Part shown: piece by piece, positions 1 to 12,968 of the stretch
Position numbering within the stretch: the first letter of the stretch is position 1
How the letters are laid out: each line of letters starts with the position of its first letter
Source of the DNA: Octopus bimaculoides
Lineage: Eukaryota
Assembly: GCF_001194135.2 (NCBI RefSeq)
Contig: NC_068997.1
Location: 1,557,556-1,621,555 of the forward strand
DNA length: 64,000 nt
Direction: 5' to 3'
Translations under genes and position numbers: made by a program
Notes under the pieces: generated by a model
What the model saw: the letters and a program-made list of their open reading frames with translations, nothing else
What the model was told of the DNA's origin: nothing
Databases searched by the model: none

Positions 1-200
1 CGGAGTCATATCCATATCTTTAATATCTCGCACTATAAAAGGCCAAGTCTCATATCACCTTTATTCTTATTCCTTGGTTCCAACAATTTTTTGTTATGCT
101 CTAGTAATGTTCAGGGGAAATCGAATGGCTGTACTCAGCAGGTGGAAGAGAAGTAACGAATTTTAGGGATGGCTTATATAAATATATAAATAGCTGGCAC

Positions 201-211
201 AGAGAGAGAGA

Positions 212-287
<76 letters not shown>
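201..287. repeat. (AG)n microsatellite
   Basis: Near-perfect AG run; source of the SLSLSL ORFs. Confidence 0.97.
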
Positions 288-290
<3 letters not shown>

Positions 291-495
291 TAAAAAGTAA
301 GCATTTATCCAACATTCTGGAAATAGAAAGCTAATGTGATCAAACAACAAAGGTTCAGAAAGTAAGAAAATAATGAGAGAAATAGGAATTAATATATGAT
401 TATGAAAATTATAGGAGAGGGGCAATTTGAAACGAAGGGAACAGGTGGACAAAACTTTTGATTAAGAGAAAAACAATTGAAATTTTATGTGTATA

Positions 496-920
496 GGCGC
501 AGGAGTGGCTGTGTGGTAAGTAGCTTGCTTACCAACTACATGGTTCCGGGCTCAGTCCCACTGCGTGGCACCTTGGGCAAGTGTCTTCTATTATAGCCTC
601 AGGCCGACCAAAGCCTTGTGAGTGGATTTCGTAGACGGAAACTGAAAGAAGGCCGTCGTATATATGTATATACATATGTGTATATGTGTGTGAGTTTGTG
701 TGTGTGTGTTTGTGTGTCTGTGTTTGTCTCCCTAGCATTACTTGACAACCGATGCTGGTGTGTTTATGTCCCCGTCACTTAGCCGTTCGGCAAAAGAGAC
801 CGATAGAATAAGTACTAGGCTTACAAAGAATAAGTCCCAGGGTCGATTTGCTCCACTAAAGGCGGTGCTCCAGCATGGCCGCAGTCAAATGACTGAAACA
901 AATAAAAGAGTAAAAGAGTA
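496..920 (+). mobile_element. tRNA-derived SINE family A, full length, with internal (TA)/(TG) microsatellite
   Basis: Head ggcgcaggagtggctgtgtggtaag has an A-box-like motif and gggctcagtccc a B-box-like motif. Body gcaccttgggcaagtgtcttc, then a microsatellite, a 3' half and a taaaagag tail. Homologous copies occur elsewhere in the window. Confidence 0.88.
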
Positions 921-1356
921 TATACAGCGAGGGTGAATGTGAATAAAATAGTGTAAGTGTGAATAATGAAGGAAATGAGGAAGTCGAACTGCGAGTATAA
1001 GGACATGTAGGGCCTGCGTTTTTAAGTATATTACAATTTCAATTAACATAACTTCTCAGTCACAGAAAAATCAGATCGATGACGACCTATGCGAAAGGAC
1101 AAAGATTAGAATATATGCGTGCATGGCGTGAGTTACAAAGGGGAGGTAAGAAAACTCCATCAGAAAAGTTAAGAACTACGGGACAGATAGAAAATACAAC
1201 ATTTTTCTCAAGTATTACCATTACATAAATATATTCTTAACCACTGTGGAAATAGGATACTTGTTTAAACTAGAGTACACTCTGCCAATAGCGTTGAATA
1301 AGGAGCTAACCGATTAACTTTATCTTTTATTAAACCCCAGAAAAGTTTAACCTTAC

Positions 1357-1401
1357 TTAGTTTCGACGTCATTCAAGACAGCGAAGATGTCACTCATGTG
1401 C
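1357..1401 (-). other. Candidate 45-nt micro-exon (HMSDIFAVLNDVET)
   Basis: tttataattaaag| acceptor, |gtaagg donor, one open frame. Speculative. Confidence 0.2.
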
Positions 1402-1594
1402 CTTTAATTATAAAGGAAACTACTTGCTTTAATACTTACTTAATCATGGTTTCACGACAAGGCACTATATACACGCGCGCACGCGCACACACACATATTT
1501 ATATTAAACACACATATATAACTCAAACACATTTTTACACTCACATATATATATGCACACAGACTCATACACACACACATATATATATATATGA

Positions 1595-1652
<58 letters not shown>

Positions 1653-1780
1653 GTAGGAATTTACAAATACACACTCAGCACACACACAAACACACACATG
1701 CCCACAAGCGCGCGCGCACGCACACACGCACACGCATGGCTGTACTCATACACACATACACACACACACACACATATATA

Positions 1781-2110
1781 TGTAGTGAATGCATTCCAAA
1801 GGGTTTTGAGACATTTTCTGGAAAGACATTTATTGATTTCAGAGAAGTACAAAACTCTATCTGCTTCAAAGTTGGATTCTCTGACTTCAGCGCATGTGTA
1901 GCGCTTCAGCCACTTCATGGAGGCCCCATGGATTGTCCTCCGTAGCGAAGGTGTCCAGGACCCTTGTCGCAGTCACTTTCATCTTTTTCTTCAGCTTAGG
2001 GAACAATCAAAATTCACAGGGAGCTAGGTTTGAACTATAGGGTAAGTGAGGGACAGTCCTGCTGTATATTTCAATCAAGTAGTTGGTTACCAGGATGGAA
2101 TGACCATCAT
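1781..2110 (-). mobile_element. Tc1/mariner transposase 3' remnant with terminal repeat
   Basis: Minus strand reads VPHLPYSSNLAPCEF*LFPKLKKKMK (YSPDLAP motif), then a KWLKRY..EVR..NFE C-terminus. Ends ...cccttttggaatgcattcactaca|TA. Confidence 0.85.
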
Positions 2111-2680
2111 GACTTTTTCAATGGACTTGCTCTCCCTTCCTAAACAAACAGATTCTGTAGCGTTGAGTCATTGTGATAGCGTTGACGTTACATTGCTACC
2201 ATTTCTTCAAGTCTGAAAACTGAACCAATGGAGAAGTGTCACATCTAGATGAAATTACTATCCAGCCAGTTTAAATGCACAAGTCGCCTATATCCTAGTG
2301 GTTAAATAGTGTTTCCAGAAGGGCAGCCCTTGGCTGCGGCCCAGCTCCCTTAGAGCGTAAGGAGATAAGGACCGAAGATATGCCACAAGGTGAGTCTTTT
2401 TGTCTGTAAACCTCCTGCCGTGCAGCTCTTACCGCTATATATATATATATATATATATATATTTAGTATACAACACAGCATCAATACCTCATATATATTA
2501 TAATGACTATTGTTAAACTTTAGACAATAAAAGCTCGACTAGAGATAACGCTGCAATGAATACATACCAAACTGCGAATCAGACGTGTGCCTCACCGTAT
2601 CAACCCATCAGTTTCTTTTGACTTAAACGGTGAAGCAGGAAGAGGGCTGTGGCATTCGAGTGTTGAGTGCGCTTGGAGAT

Positions 2681-3535
2681 ATAATCTGTTGGGCAGCTAA
2701 TTTCCATAACTGTGCACAGTTTCTCTTCTCTATCTCAAATCATTATATCAGGTCTGTTGTGCTTACATTTTATTGAGGTCTTCACTAGGACTTTCACCAC
2801 TACTCCTTTTTTATGGCTATGGCTTCTACTATACTATGAATTCTTATTTCTTTGTCCTTGGTGTTATCCTTCCGACGGATTTCATTATAAAGTGTCCTAG
2901 CTACATTATGTCTCATCGGTAGATAATACCATGATGACATTTTCGGACAGCTGCTTATGATGTGGGTGATATCTTCAGTGTGAACTCCACAAAGTCTGCA
3001 TCGGTTGCCACACTTTACGGCTTTACCTGCATCTCTGTCCCTTTTCTGCATCAGGTACTTTGTTGATATTTCCTGTTCCTGGATTGCAAACGAATACCCT
3101 TCAAAGTGTGAGGTATTAATCTGGCTATTGGTCAATGGTAAATTGCTTTGATGATCGACGTTGCTATCATCTCGGTGCTTTCTACTAACATGTCCATGCA
3201 TAGTCTTCTGCTCATATAGGCTCATCCTTTCATCTGATGATACGTTCCGGTAGAGTCGTGTGACTTCTTTGGGCATGTATTCTAAGTTATCATACGAAGA
3301 ATGTTGCTCAAAGAGCTGCCGACAAGGTCATAGGATGTTATCAGCCTCATATATACAAACTTGGTCAGGGGATGTACTTCGACGCTTGGTGGTTAAAATA
3401 TGTTGCCGAAGAGATATCATACGATATTCAAAGGCATTTTGGATTGATGTTAAGCCTCTGCTGCCTTATCGTTTTAAGTAGAGCTGGTCTACGTCACTGT
3501 TTATGTGGAAATTATATGTGCTTGTTAGTATTTTT
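2681..3535 (-). mobile_element. R4/Dong-like non-LTR retrotransposon fragment (post-RT, CCHC knuckle, RLE endonuclease), decayed
   Basis: Reads SDVDQLYLKR*GSRGL, AIQEQEISTKY, CRLCGVHTEDITHIISSCPKM..MRHN, HNRPDIMI*DREEKLCTVMEISCPTD, with in-frame stops. Confidence 0.88.
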
Positions 3536-5006
3536 GGGGTTTTCACATCAATATATGTATATATATANNNNNNNNNNNNNNNNNNNNNNNNNNNNNNNNN
3601 NNNNNNNNNNNNNNNNNNNNNNNNNNNNNNNNNNNNNNNNNNNNNNNNNNNNNNNNNNNNNNNNNNNNNNNNNNNNNNNNNNNNNNNNNNNNNNNNNNNN
3701 NNNNNNNNNNNNNNNNNNNNNNNNNNNNNNNNNNNNNNNNNNNNNNNNNNNNNNNNNNNNNNNNNNNNNNNNNNNNNNNNNNNNNNNNNNNNNNNNNNNN
3801 NNNNNNNNNNNNNNNNNNNNNNNNNNNNNNNNNNNNNNNNNNNNNNNNNNNNNNNNNNNNNNNNNNNNNNNNNNNNNNNNNNNNNNNNNNNNNNNNNNNN
3901 NNNNNNNNNNNNNNNNNNNNNNNNNNNNNNNNNNNNNNNNTATATATATATATATATATATGTATATGTATGCTTGTATGTATGTATGTATGTATGCCTG
4001 TTTACAGTTATGGTTGCTTGTGTAGAGATGTGTTTGAAAAAATGGCTGTTTTCCTTGTTCCAATGAAGCTTTATTCCAATCTCTGTTAATATTCACAGAA
4101 AAAATGGTAACTAGAAAGGTTGAATGTTTCATTGTTTGTCTTGTTTGTAGAATACAATTGAGGAATCGCTTCTGGCATAAAATTTTCCGTTGAATGTAAT
4201 TCTTTATTCATTTCGAACCCTTACTAAAAAGATTATTCAATCGATAAACCAACTGTATTAGCTATTTGCTAAATATATTGTTAATCTTTCTATCAACGCT
4301 GTAGGCTTATTCTTAAATTGAATGTGTGTCTTTATTTTTGTTGTTATAGGTTTTGTTACCATGACAATCGTGTGAAGAAATATAATCTTTACATGTGAGG
4401 TTCAATGTCTATATGGGGGTGTTAACCAACCATCACAAATAGTTGCAGATGTGCTTATATTACGATGGAATCATGTTAATACCGTTGAATGCTTTCAGAT
4501 CCACTCTGAATAGAACTAGGATCAAAGATGTTTTGGTTAAGATCGTTCCTCATTTGCATTAAGTGATAATGTAACCAGGGCTACATTTATCACAGGTTTC
4601 CGTCGTGGGTAGGATATGATATGAAAGAGGCCGCTTACAGGCTCATGTTGTTTCGTATCTCTCATTAGTTTCTTTAAATGCAAATCAATCCTTACCAAGC
4701 AGTTCGATCATCAAAGGTATTCCGTCAGTGACAAAACCGTATAGCAGGGGTACTGGAAACTGTATTATCAATGTGTTTTCCTCTTTTAGATATGATAGAC
4801 TTGTGATTTTGGAGAAGTCTCGTTGCTGATTATAGCAGATCAAGTGACCTCTTAGATGCATATTCGTTGGTTCACTTTTCAGGAGTATAATCATGAGTTT
4901 TGATACTCAAAATAACGGTGTTGAGGTAGAGAACATTTCTCAAGCGCCATCTCAAAATTCTTTTAGGCTAAATATACGTTCTACTAAACGACAGTTAATG
5001 GAAGCT

Positions 5007-5080
5007 GCGTAAAGACGGACGAAATACCGCTAAGCATTTTTCGAGGCGTGCTAAAAATTCTGCCAGCTCGCTGCCTTAAT
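5007..5080 (-). mobile_element. SINE family B, 5' fragment
   Basis: Matches the head of the other family-B copies (gacggacgaaataccgctaagc...ctgccagctcgc). Confidence 0.75.
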
Positions 5081-5213
5081 TTAAAAGAACATATTACCAA
5101 TAACATAAGATCAATTATCAAAACAATTGCATAAAATCATCAATTTGCGCATTAAGAAAATGGCATGATGTTTGGATGAGACCGAACGCAAATCATCTAC
5201 AAGAATTCCAACC

Positions 5214-5308
5214 AGTCGACCTCGGCAGAATTTGAACTGAGAACGTAAAGATGGACGAAATACCGTTAAGCATTTGTTTGGCGTGCTAACGATTCTGCCT
5301 GCTCACCA
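5214..5308 (-). mobile_element. SINE family B, 5' fragment
   Basis: gtcgacctcggcagaatttgaactgagaacg... family match. Confidence 0.75.
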
Positions 5309-5984
5309 TCAGGATAATGTAAGATTAAGCAGCAGAAAATGTAACTACAAACTAAAGAATTGTTCTCTAAATCAGTGCGCTCAATGTGAAATGGAGGAAA
5401 GAACCACTGCAAAAGGATAAAATATATAGAATAAAAATAAAGACAAGCAAAAAGAGAAGTAAGATTCGACATAAAAAAAGGATAAGAATATACGGAGGCG
5501 GAGCAACTGTGTAAAGAAAAACGAAGCATTAAAATTATTGAAAGACAGAAATAAAGCTCACATTTCTGACGGGCAATACGTTGATCAAGGAAATTAATAT
5601 ATATGCAAAAAGTGTGCATTCTTGCTCTATACAGAGATTTATTGATATGCATAACAGAGACAAAGTGCGTAAATGTCACCTTAATAGACACAACCTGAAA
5701 CTACCAACTAGATGGAAAAAGGTCTTTATGATAAATTGATAAACCTATTCTGTAAAAAGCCAAATGGATAGAAATTACTTGTGGCTGTCAAGTGGAGACA
5801 ATACATTGTCTGTATTTATAAACTGTACAAATAATTTATTGAGGTAGCTAAATACGATTATAGCAATGCAGCACATTGTGCATTAAACTATAACTACATC
5901 ACAAAGTGCTTTGTATACTGGTGGTGCGTAGTGAATGTTCCAGCTAGCAATGAAAAACAATCTAACCGCTCAGGATGAATGTTG

Positions 5985-6185
5985 TATTTACAACATACAA
6001 AGCTGATTCTACAACTGTAAGAAATTGAACATAACTAGATTTATCTAAATATATCTGCTCAATGAATAAGAAAAAACATAATCACGTGATCGGTGAATGG
6101 TTAGCTTTAGAATGTGCTAATGCCTGAACAAAGGTAGTAAAAGGATGTAAGATGTGTCTTGCAGAAAATTAAAATGATTCATTTC
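5985..6185 (+). mobile_element. Penelope-like GIY-YIG endonuclease remnant
   Basis: DLSKYICSMNKKKHNHVIGEWLALECANA*TKVVKGCKMCLAE resembles the LSKYIW..W.IL..A..Y...C.LCL.E end of PLE GIY-YIG domains and the copy at 53640-54221. Confidence 0.6.
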
Positions 6186-6378
6186 TCACAAAAGCCAAGG
6201 GCCTTACGTTCTAAGTCACATGGTCGATATGAAAGAAAGGCAAAGTAGGCCTGGGAAGGATCAAATTCAAAACGAAAAAAAGCCTTTACTGAATACCAAA
6301 AGATAGATCAGAGCACACTCTGATAACTCTGCAAATCTACCACCCAATAATGCACATTTTATGAAAGCTAAGAGATGG

Positions 6379-6419
<41 letters not shown>

Positions 6420-6605
6420 ACTTATACACTGTGGTCATCATGGGTTCATGAACCTGAAGCCATGCTTCCACGACTGCATTTATATGTGCATAGCATATAT
6501 ACATAAATGGATAAACAAATATACAAATACATGCGTATACACACTCACACATACTCATATGTATGCAGAAAATTATATACATACAGGCACACATATGTAT
6601 GTACA

Positions 6606-6639
<34 letters not shown>

Positions 6640-6786
6640 CTCTGAATTCTGTTGTGGGATGGTCTGTAATGATGTGAGTCGCCGAGGACAAAGCGGAAGT
6701 TAGAGTATACTGTCGGCTTTTGATTTGATAAACGTCTTTAGACAACTATTTCTAGACGTGTATGTATGTTTATGCGTGTGCTGTGT

Positions 6787-6847
<61 letters not shown>

Positions 6848-7365
6848 CCAGATAGACAAATGGATAGAGAGGGAGAGAGAGGACAATATAGAAAGGATGA
6901 GCGAGAATTATCCTGACAGATAGGTTTACATATGTAGATGACGTGTTAAAAGTTTTCAGTTATGGAAACTCGGAGAAATGTAACTATATTAGATTGCTGG
7001 AAATCCGTATAATTATCAATGTAGTGAATCATGTAAAACCGAAGCAAAGCCGCAATAAAAATTATCTGAATGCTATTTGCTTATTATTGAAATACTGGCG
7101 CGTAAAATTCTCACAAACAAACATCAATTCTATCTACATTTCCGTATTGAATCTCTCATTGGATTATGGCTTAAAAACATACACAAACAGAAATATTTAC
7201 AGGAATAAATTACATAATAGTATATGCAACAGTATATCGAAATATCTCTGAATTGCAAACCTTTCGTTTGTTTATATTTTATCATCAACAGTAACAATAG
7301 AACAAATGCATATTGCAATGACAATACTAGAATGTTCACAACTATTATAATAATCAATAACTACA

Positions 7366-7370
<5 letters not shown>

Positions 7371-7443
<73 letters not shown>
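7371..7443. repeat. (AAT)n microsatellite
   Basis: Perfect run. Confidence 0.97.
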
Positions 7444-7444
<1 letters not shown>

Positions 7445-7997
7445 GACCGGATGCAGTACCAGGCAGTGGCTCTCATGGCTTCTGATCTTAATTGATTGAA
7501 AGTGTTATCATGTACATTATTTTGTCTTGGTATAAAAGATGGCTACAGCAAATATTCTGCTCAATACCACATATTTGCTTGTCAGTTGTTTGACCTTAAC
7601 CAGTTGAGCATGTCCCTTGGTGGCTGATGATATGTGCATCTCTGATCACGAGCAGAAGTAGTGGGAGAGCATCATAGCCATGTGTTGAGAGGAATTCTTT
7701 GGGGTTTGAATAATACACTTTTGGAAACATGGGTGTTTTACTCAACATCCTTAAACAAACCTCATTCAGGGACCTTTTGAGCGGGATGGGCTACTAGACC
7801 TGAAGAAAATTCTAACTGGGTCCCACCTGCGAGGTCATGAGCTGTTTGTCTTGATATAAGATTACCATGTCTCGCACATATGGTTGTGATGCATGTGCCT
7901 GGTGTAGCCTTATCAGACGGGTAGCGATGATGGGTATAATGGACTTCGTATATTTTACCCCAGTGTCACTTTGATGGCATGCCCTGCATTCTCACTC
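7444..7997 (+). mobile_element. Interspersed repeat bounded by (AAT)n on both sides; possibly a LINE 3' UTR
   Basis: The 3' part is homologous to 37860-38125, and both copies end ...ctctca(c)..aataataat. Confidence 0.65.
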
Positions 7998-8243
7998 AAC
8001 ATAATAATAATAATAATAATAATAATAATCATCATAATCATAGTTGCTTCAAGCTATTCCAATATAGGGATTTGAAATCGACTACAGCGCACCTCCAGGT
8101 AACTGTAAGAGGATTTCAAGTTATTTGTAAGTTAAGACGAAGCATATGTAATCTGAAACCGCTATACCATTGATAGTTTCCGTTACGAATAGAAAATATA
8201 TTGCGTGAAAAATGATCATAGTTAAAATTACATATATATGCAC

Positions 8244-8343
8244 ATTGGGAGAAGAACAATGAAGTGATGTTTTTGAAGCTTAGTATGGAAGAAAGAAGCT
8301 TGTCTTGATTATGACCATAAAGACTTGCAGCTCGAAAAAGTTA
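8244..8343 (+). repeat. Inverted repeat arm A (partner 9133-9232)
   Basis: 100 bp with 4 mismatches to the reverse complement of 9133-9232. Confidence 0.93.
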
Positions 8344-8400
8344 TTCAAGTATTTCATGCGCTCCAAAATTACAAGATTATATATATGCTTATTCAGATCA

Positions 8401-8810
8401 TCATTGTCGAAAACTAAGGATATATGCATAATCTTGCACATTGATTAGTGTTTCTAGCCATGCTTGTCTATTAAGAATGAAGCCTTTTGGTACATTCTCT
8501 GGTGTCATCCAGTCAGTGACTTCTCCCCTTCTTCGTTTCCCATTGACTCTTTTCTCTACGATGTGGGTGTTGAGGTTGTGAGACTTGATGGCATGCTCAA
8601 AATACTGCAGCGTTCTGTTCTTGGCTATTTCAAGAAATTCTCTATTTTTCCCTTCCACAAATACTTAATTTTTTCTGTAACGGTTATTTCTGCTAATCCT
8701 CAATAATCTTCGGTTGCACGTGGTTTCAAACACTGCGAAGCATGATTGTGTTGCTTCCCTTAAATGTCCAACTTTCACATGCACGCAATACAACAGATCA
8801 AACTGGTGGT
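8401..8810 (-). mobile_element. RTE-clade LINE ORF2 C-terminal fragment
   Basis: LLRACESWT..VFETTCNRRLLRIS, then RTLQYFEHAIKSH..EKRVNGKRRRG...DRQAW-like motifs. Confidence 0.8.
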
Positions 8811-9132
8811 GTCATAAGGAACTTTCATTTTAAATCTATCTGTTTCTATATCGACCTATAGGAGTAGAATGTTGAGCTAATAGACGCTATTTCTAAGAGA
8901 CATAAGACTTGTCAGTCCGCCTTATGGTCCCAGTGGACTAAATGGAAAAGGTGTAGCTCTGGAGGATGGCGAGGTAGACACCCTATAACAACCACTCCGA
9001 CTCACATGGTCCGCACTTGCGAAAACCCATCTCTGCAGTGAACAGGGAAGTTCCGAGTTCGTGTACGCCAGAGATCCCGTGTACTGCTACAGGCTCGACA
9101 ACAAATACTTTGACAATTTGACCTTCTCGACT

Positions 9133-9232
9133 TAACTTTTTCGAGCTGCAAGTCTTTATGGTCATAATCAAGACAAGCTTCTTTCTTCCATACTCAGCTT
9201 CAAAAACGTCACTCCATTGTTCTTCTCTCAAT
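9133..9232 (-). repeat. Inverted repeat arm A'
   Basis: Reverse complement of 8244-8343. Confidence 0.93.
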
Positions 9233-9493
9233 ATAAAATAGTGTGCATTTTAACACGAGAGAAAACAAGCTTTAACAGGCAGTTTTTACACGCTAGAAGA
9301 AGCAGTCAAAACGACCAAAACCACATTTTAGAATAATCTTCAAAAGGAATGAAAAATAAAGACTTTTACCCTGTTATTTTATTCCGGTCTTAAATGTGGT
9401 TTTGGCCGTTTTGACTGCTTCTTGTAGCGTGTAAAAATTGCCTGTTGAAGGCAGTTTTCTCTTGTGTTTAAATGTACACTATTTTATATTGAG
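9227..9493. mobile_element. Foldback/MITE-like palindrome with ~106-bp arms (9227-9332 / 9388-9493)
   Basis: About 90% identity between arms and a 55-bp spacer. No clear TSD on the left. Confidence 0.8.
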
Positions 9494-10199
9494 TATATAT
9501 ATATATATATATATATAACACTCACTATTCTTCATTTATATATATATATNNNNNNNNNNNNNNNNNNNNNNNNNNNNNNNNNNNNNNNNNNNNNNNNNNN
9601 NNNNNNNNNNNNNNNNNNNNNNNNNNNNNNNNNNNNNNNNNNNNNNNNNNNNNNNNNNNNNNNNNNNNNNNNNNNNNNNNNNNNNNNNNNNNNNNNNNNN
9701 NNNNNNNNNNNNNNNNNNNTATAAAGAATAGGGAGTGCTTCTTTTAAGGCTTGATTAACGTATTATTGCAGCATATATATAAGGTGAATTATTAAGCATA
9801 TGCATTCTGCCTTTGATGTCACATAAATTTGTTGTACTTGGTTTATTATCTCTTATCTTTTGATATCTCGATTCTTCAATAGCAACATGACAAGGTTATG
9901 CAGTACTCTGTTATGATGATGGTATACAGACAGACACACGCACACACATACACACGCACGTACACCCACCCAAAACGCACACACATGCATACATAATGTT
10001 CTTATGTTTACGTATACAGATGTGCATAATATATTTACGCATTTATATACACATGTATACACATGCATTTATATATGTATATATGCATGTGTGCATTTAT
10101 GTATATATATACTTCGTACACACACACGCATGCACACATATCGTAAATGAAACATCCTAACCGCTAGGCTGTATTAATGATAGTGAACTAGCAAAGGTG

Positions 10200-10320
10200 A
10201 GTTCACTTCCCAGACCGGGCGGTGCACTCAGTTATTGAGTAAAACACTTCATTTCACGCTGCCCTGTGATCACTTCGACACCTGACGCATGGTACACTGT
10301 GGCACCTGTTCAGACAAAAT
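10200..10320 (+). mobile_element. Fragment of a third SINE-like family
   Basis: ttgagtaaaacacttcatttcacg...cacttcgacacctgacgc resembles a SINE body. Only one copy in the window. Confidence 0.4.
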
Positions 10321-10370
10321 CCATCATATATATATAAGGCAAATAAGAAAATGGAGAGGACATACATAGA

Positions 10371-10582
10371 AGGTGAGCTGGCAGAAACGCTAGCAGGCCA
10401 GGCGAAACGCTTAGCAATATTTCGTCTGTCTTGACATTCTGAGTTCAAATTCCACCGAGGTCGACTTTGCCTTTCGTCCTTTCGGGAACGATAGATTAAG
10501 TACCAGTTGCTTACTGAGGTCGATCTAATCTACTGGCCCCCTCACCAAACATTTCAGGCCTTTGAGCCTAGAGTAGAAAAGA
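10371..10582 (+). mobile_element. SINE family B, full length
   Basis: Head ggtgagctggcagaaac, B-box gagttcaaattcc, core gcctttcgtcctttcggg..taagtacc, tail cctagagtagaaaag. Confidence 0.9.
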
Positions 10583-12554
10583 ATATATATTTGAGAGTGT
10601 GTGTATTTGTGGACCAGTATATGTGTGAACAAGTGAAGAGACTGTGGAATTTGGATACCCAAGCATCGAATAGTATCCGTGTTCTTGAAAAGAAATTACC
10701 AATATCTATTTGAATATCCAAGGTTTGTATTTAATGTCACAGACAACTGAAATAAAGGCGTGACCGGTTATAATACTGTTAACAAACTATATTTTTACTT
10801 AACTTTTGAGTCCAAATTTTGCTCTTGTGTGTTCACATAATACGTGCAGTAAACGTGTTATAAATCATATGCTTGTACGTCTGTTTATGCGTGCGCATAT
10901 ATGTGTCTGTCCCAGACAGCCAACTATTTTATTTCACTAATCATATGGCATGTTTGTGAGTAGGATCATTTCACATTAGTTCAAAACATATACTGAGACA
11001 GTCTTTGTTGTATCGCGAGACTGTCACACATGGGAATATGCGTATGAATTCACATGGAGCACTTGCATATACGCACCGATCTACACCAGAATGCAAACGC
11101 AATATCACCCACCCTAGCACACACACACACACTTGCACACACACGCACACACATACACACACACACGCGCACACACAAACACACGCACACAGATACATAT
11201 ATANNNNNNNNNNNNNNNNNNNNCATGTGTGTGTATGTATATGTAAATATATATATATATATATATACATACATATATATATATACATATGCATGTTTAT
11301 ATATATGTATATATATATATATATATATATACACCTATGCTTGTGTGTGTCTATATTTATACACACACATGCATATATATCTATGTCTGTGTCTGTATAT
11401 GGAAATATATATATATATGATAGTCACGTACATATATGAATACATACATGTATACATATATCTGGTCTAAATGCGAATACAAATAATTGTCCCTTAGCAA
11501 ATATCAAAGACAACTAGTAAATCTAGCAGCAAGCATTTAAGTTAGGTTCTTCCTAAGGCGATAATGTATAAGTTACCTTAAGTAGGATTAACGCAGTAAA
11601 AAGCCCCAAAGAGAAGCAATAGTAAGATTCTCCATTGGGCATTATTCCGTTTGTATATTATCCATAAAAAAGAAAACCAAACTAAAATGAATCAAACGTT
11701 TAGAAATATACAATGTGAATGTTCTTTTTTGTCTTTACGTTTGTCTTTAGTTGAAAATATTTGAAATGGATTTTTGCTAGGCCTGAAGATATGGCTGTGA
11801 AGGAGCTATTCTTGAACATTTTAAGGAAGTACTTAGCAGTATGAAGAATTTTATTCTCACTAAAGTGACTTGACAAGTCTATAGAGATAATGCATTTCTT
11901 AACGTTTAATTTGATTGCCTCGGCGCCATACACTATACATTGACAAATTTGAAGTCGAATGAAGCAGCTGGTTTTACTTAATACCAGATAATACGCAGAA
12001 AAATATGCTAAAACAACGCAAAACAAAACAAAAAACATTGTAATTGCAGCTAATATTGAAACTGGAAATTAATGTGTACAGCTAAAACCCTTTGAAATAG
12101 TTAAAGCTGTCATATGAACTCTTAAGTTCCGGAATACTCAAGAGTTGATTTTAACATAATCTATGCAATTATGGTGGAGAACGAGAAGTAAAAGTGATAT
12201 TGTTTGGATTATTGTTGTATTAAATAGTTTTTGTTTTAAGAAGTAAGAATAGCGAATAAACGTTTTGTAGCAGGCAGGGATTAGAGACATTGTATGTTGT
12301 GTCCTGTCACCACAACTTCTTTGTAACTATTGTCAAAATACTTCGGCCACTTAGCCGTAAGCGGACATCACTAAGTGGATGGGTTCACCGCTTTAAGGTG
12401 CACCAGTAAAACAAGGTTGTACTCAAACACTGCCTTGGTATGCTGAGTGGAATATTATCACTTATCATCTTAATACAACATAACAACTGACCTTGTGGCT
12501 AAGAATGTTTGTGCCTGGCCTCAAGCGGAAACAGTGAGTTACAATCTTTTATCA

Positions 12555-12968
12555 TTTATGAGTCTCAGCTATTAGACAGTGGACATGCCGGGGTATCGCC
12601 GTGAAGAATTTTTAGTCGAATGAACTGATCACAGTACGTTTTTTAAAGCCTGGTACTTATTCCACCGGTCACGTTTGCCGAACCACTGAGTTATGGGGAT
12701 TTAAGTACACCAACATTGGTTGTCAAGCGGTGGTATGAGACAAACACAAACACAAAGGCACACACACAGACATCCACACACACACACATGATGGGTTNNN
12801 NNNNNNNCCCGCCACACACACACAAACACACACACAAACACACACACACACACACACACACACATGATGGGTTTCTTTCCGTGTCCGTCTAACAAATCCA
12901 CTCACAAGGTTTGGGTCGGCCCGAAGCTATAGTAGAAGACACTCTCCCAAGGTTCCACGCAGTGAGAC
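12555..12968 (-). mobile_element. SINE family A, 5'-truncated
   Basis: Both halves and the internal (CA)n match 496-920 in reverse. Confidence 0.8.

Noticed and set aside
496-570. SINE heads as tRNA genes
   Set aside because: They have A/B boxes but no complete cloverleaf, and continue into repeat bodies.
4640-4672. Minus-strand CUAAUGAG..CGAAAC hammerhead-like string
   Set aside because: Core mismatch, 1-bp stem II and no NUH site.
4250-4900. Coding-looking stretch around ORF 4685-4894
   Set aside because: No recognisable motif in any frame.
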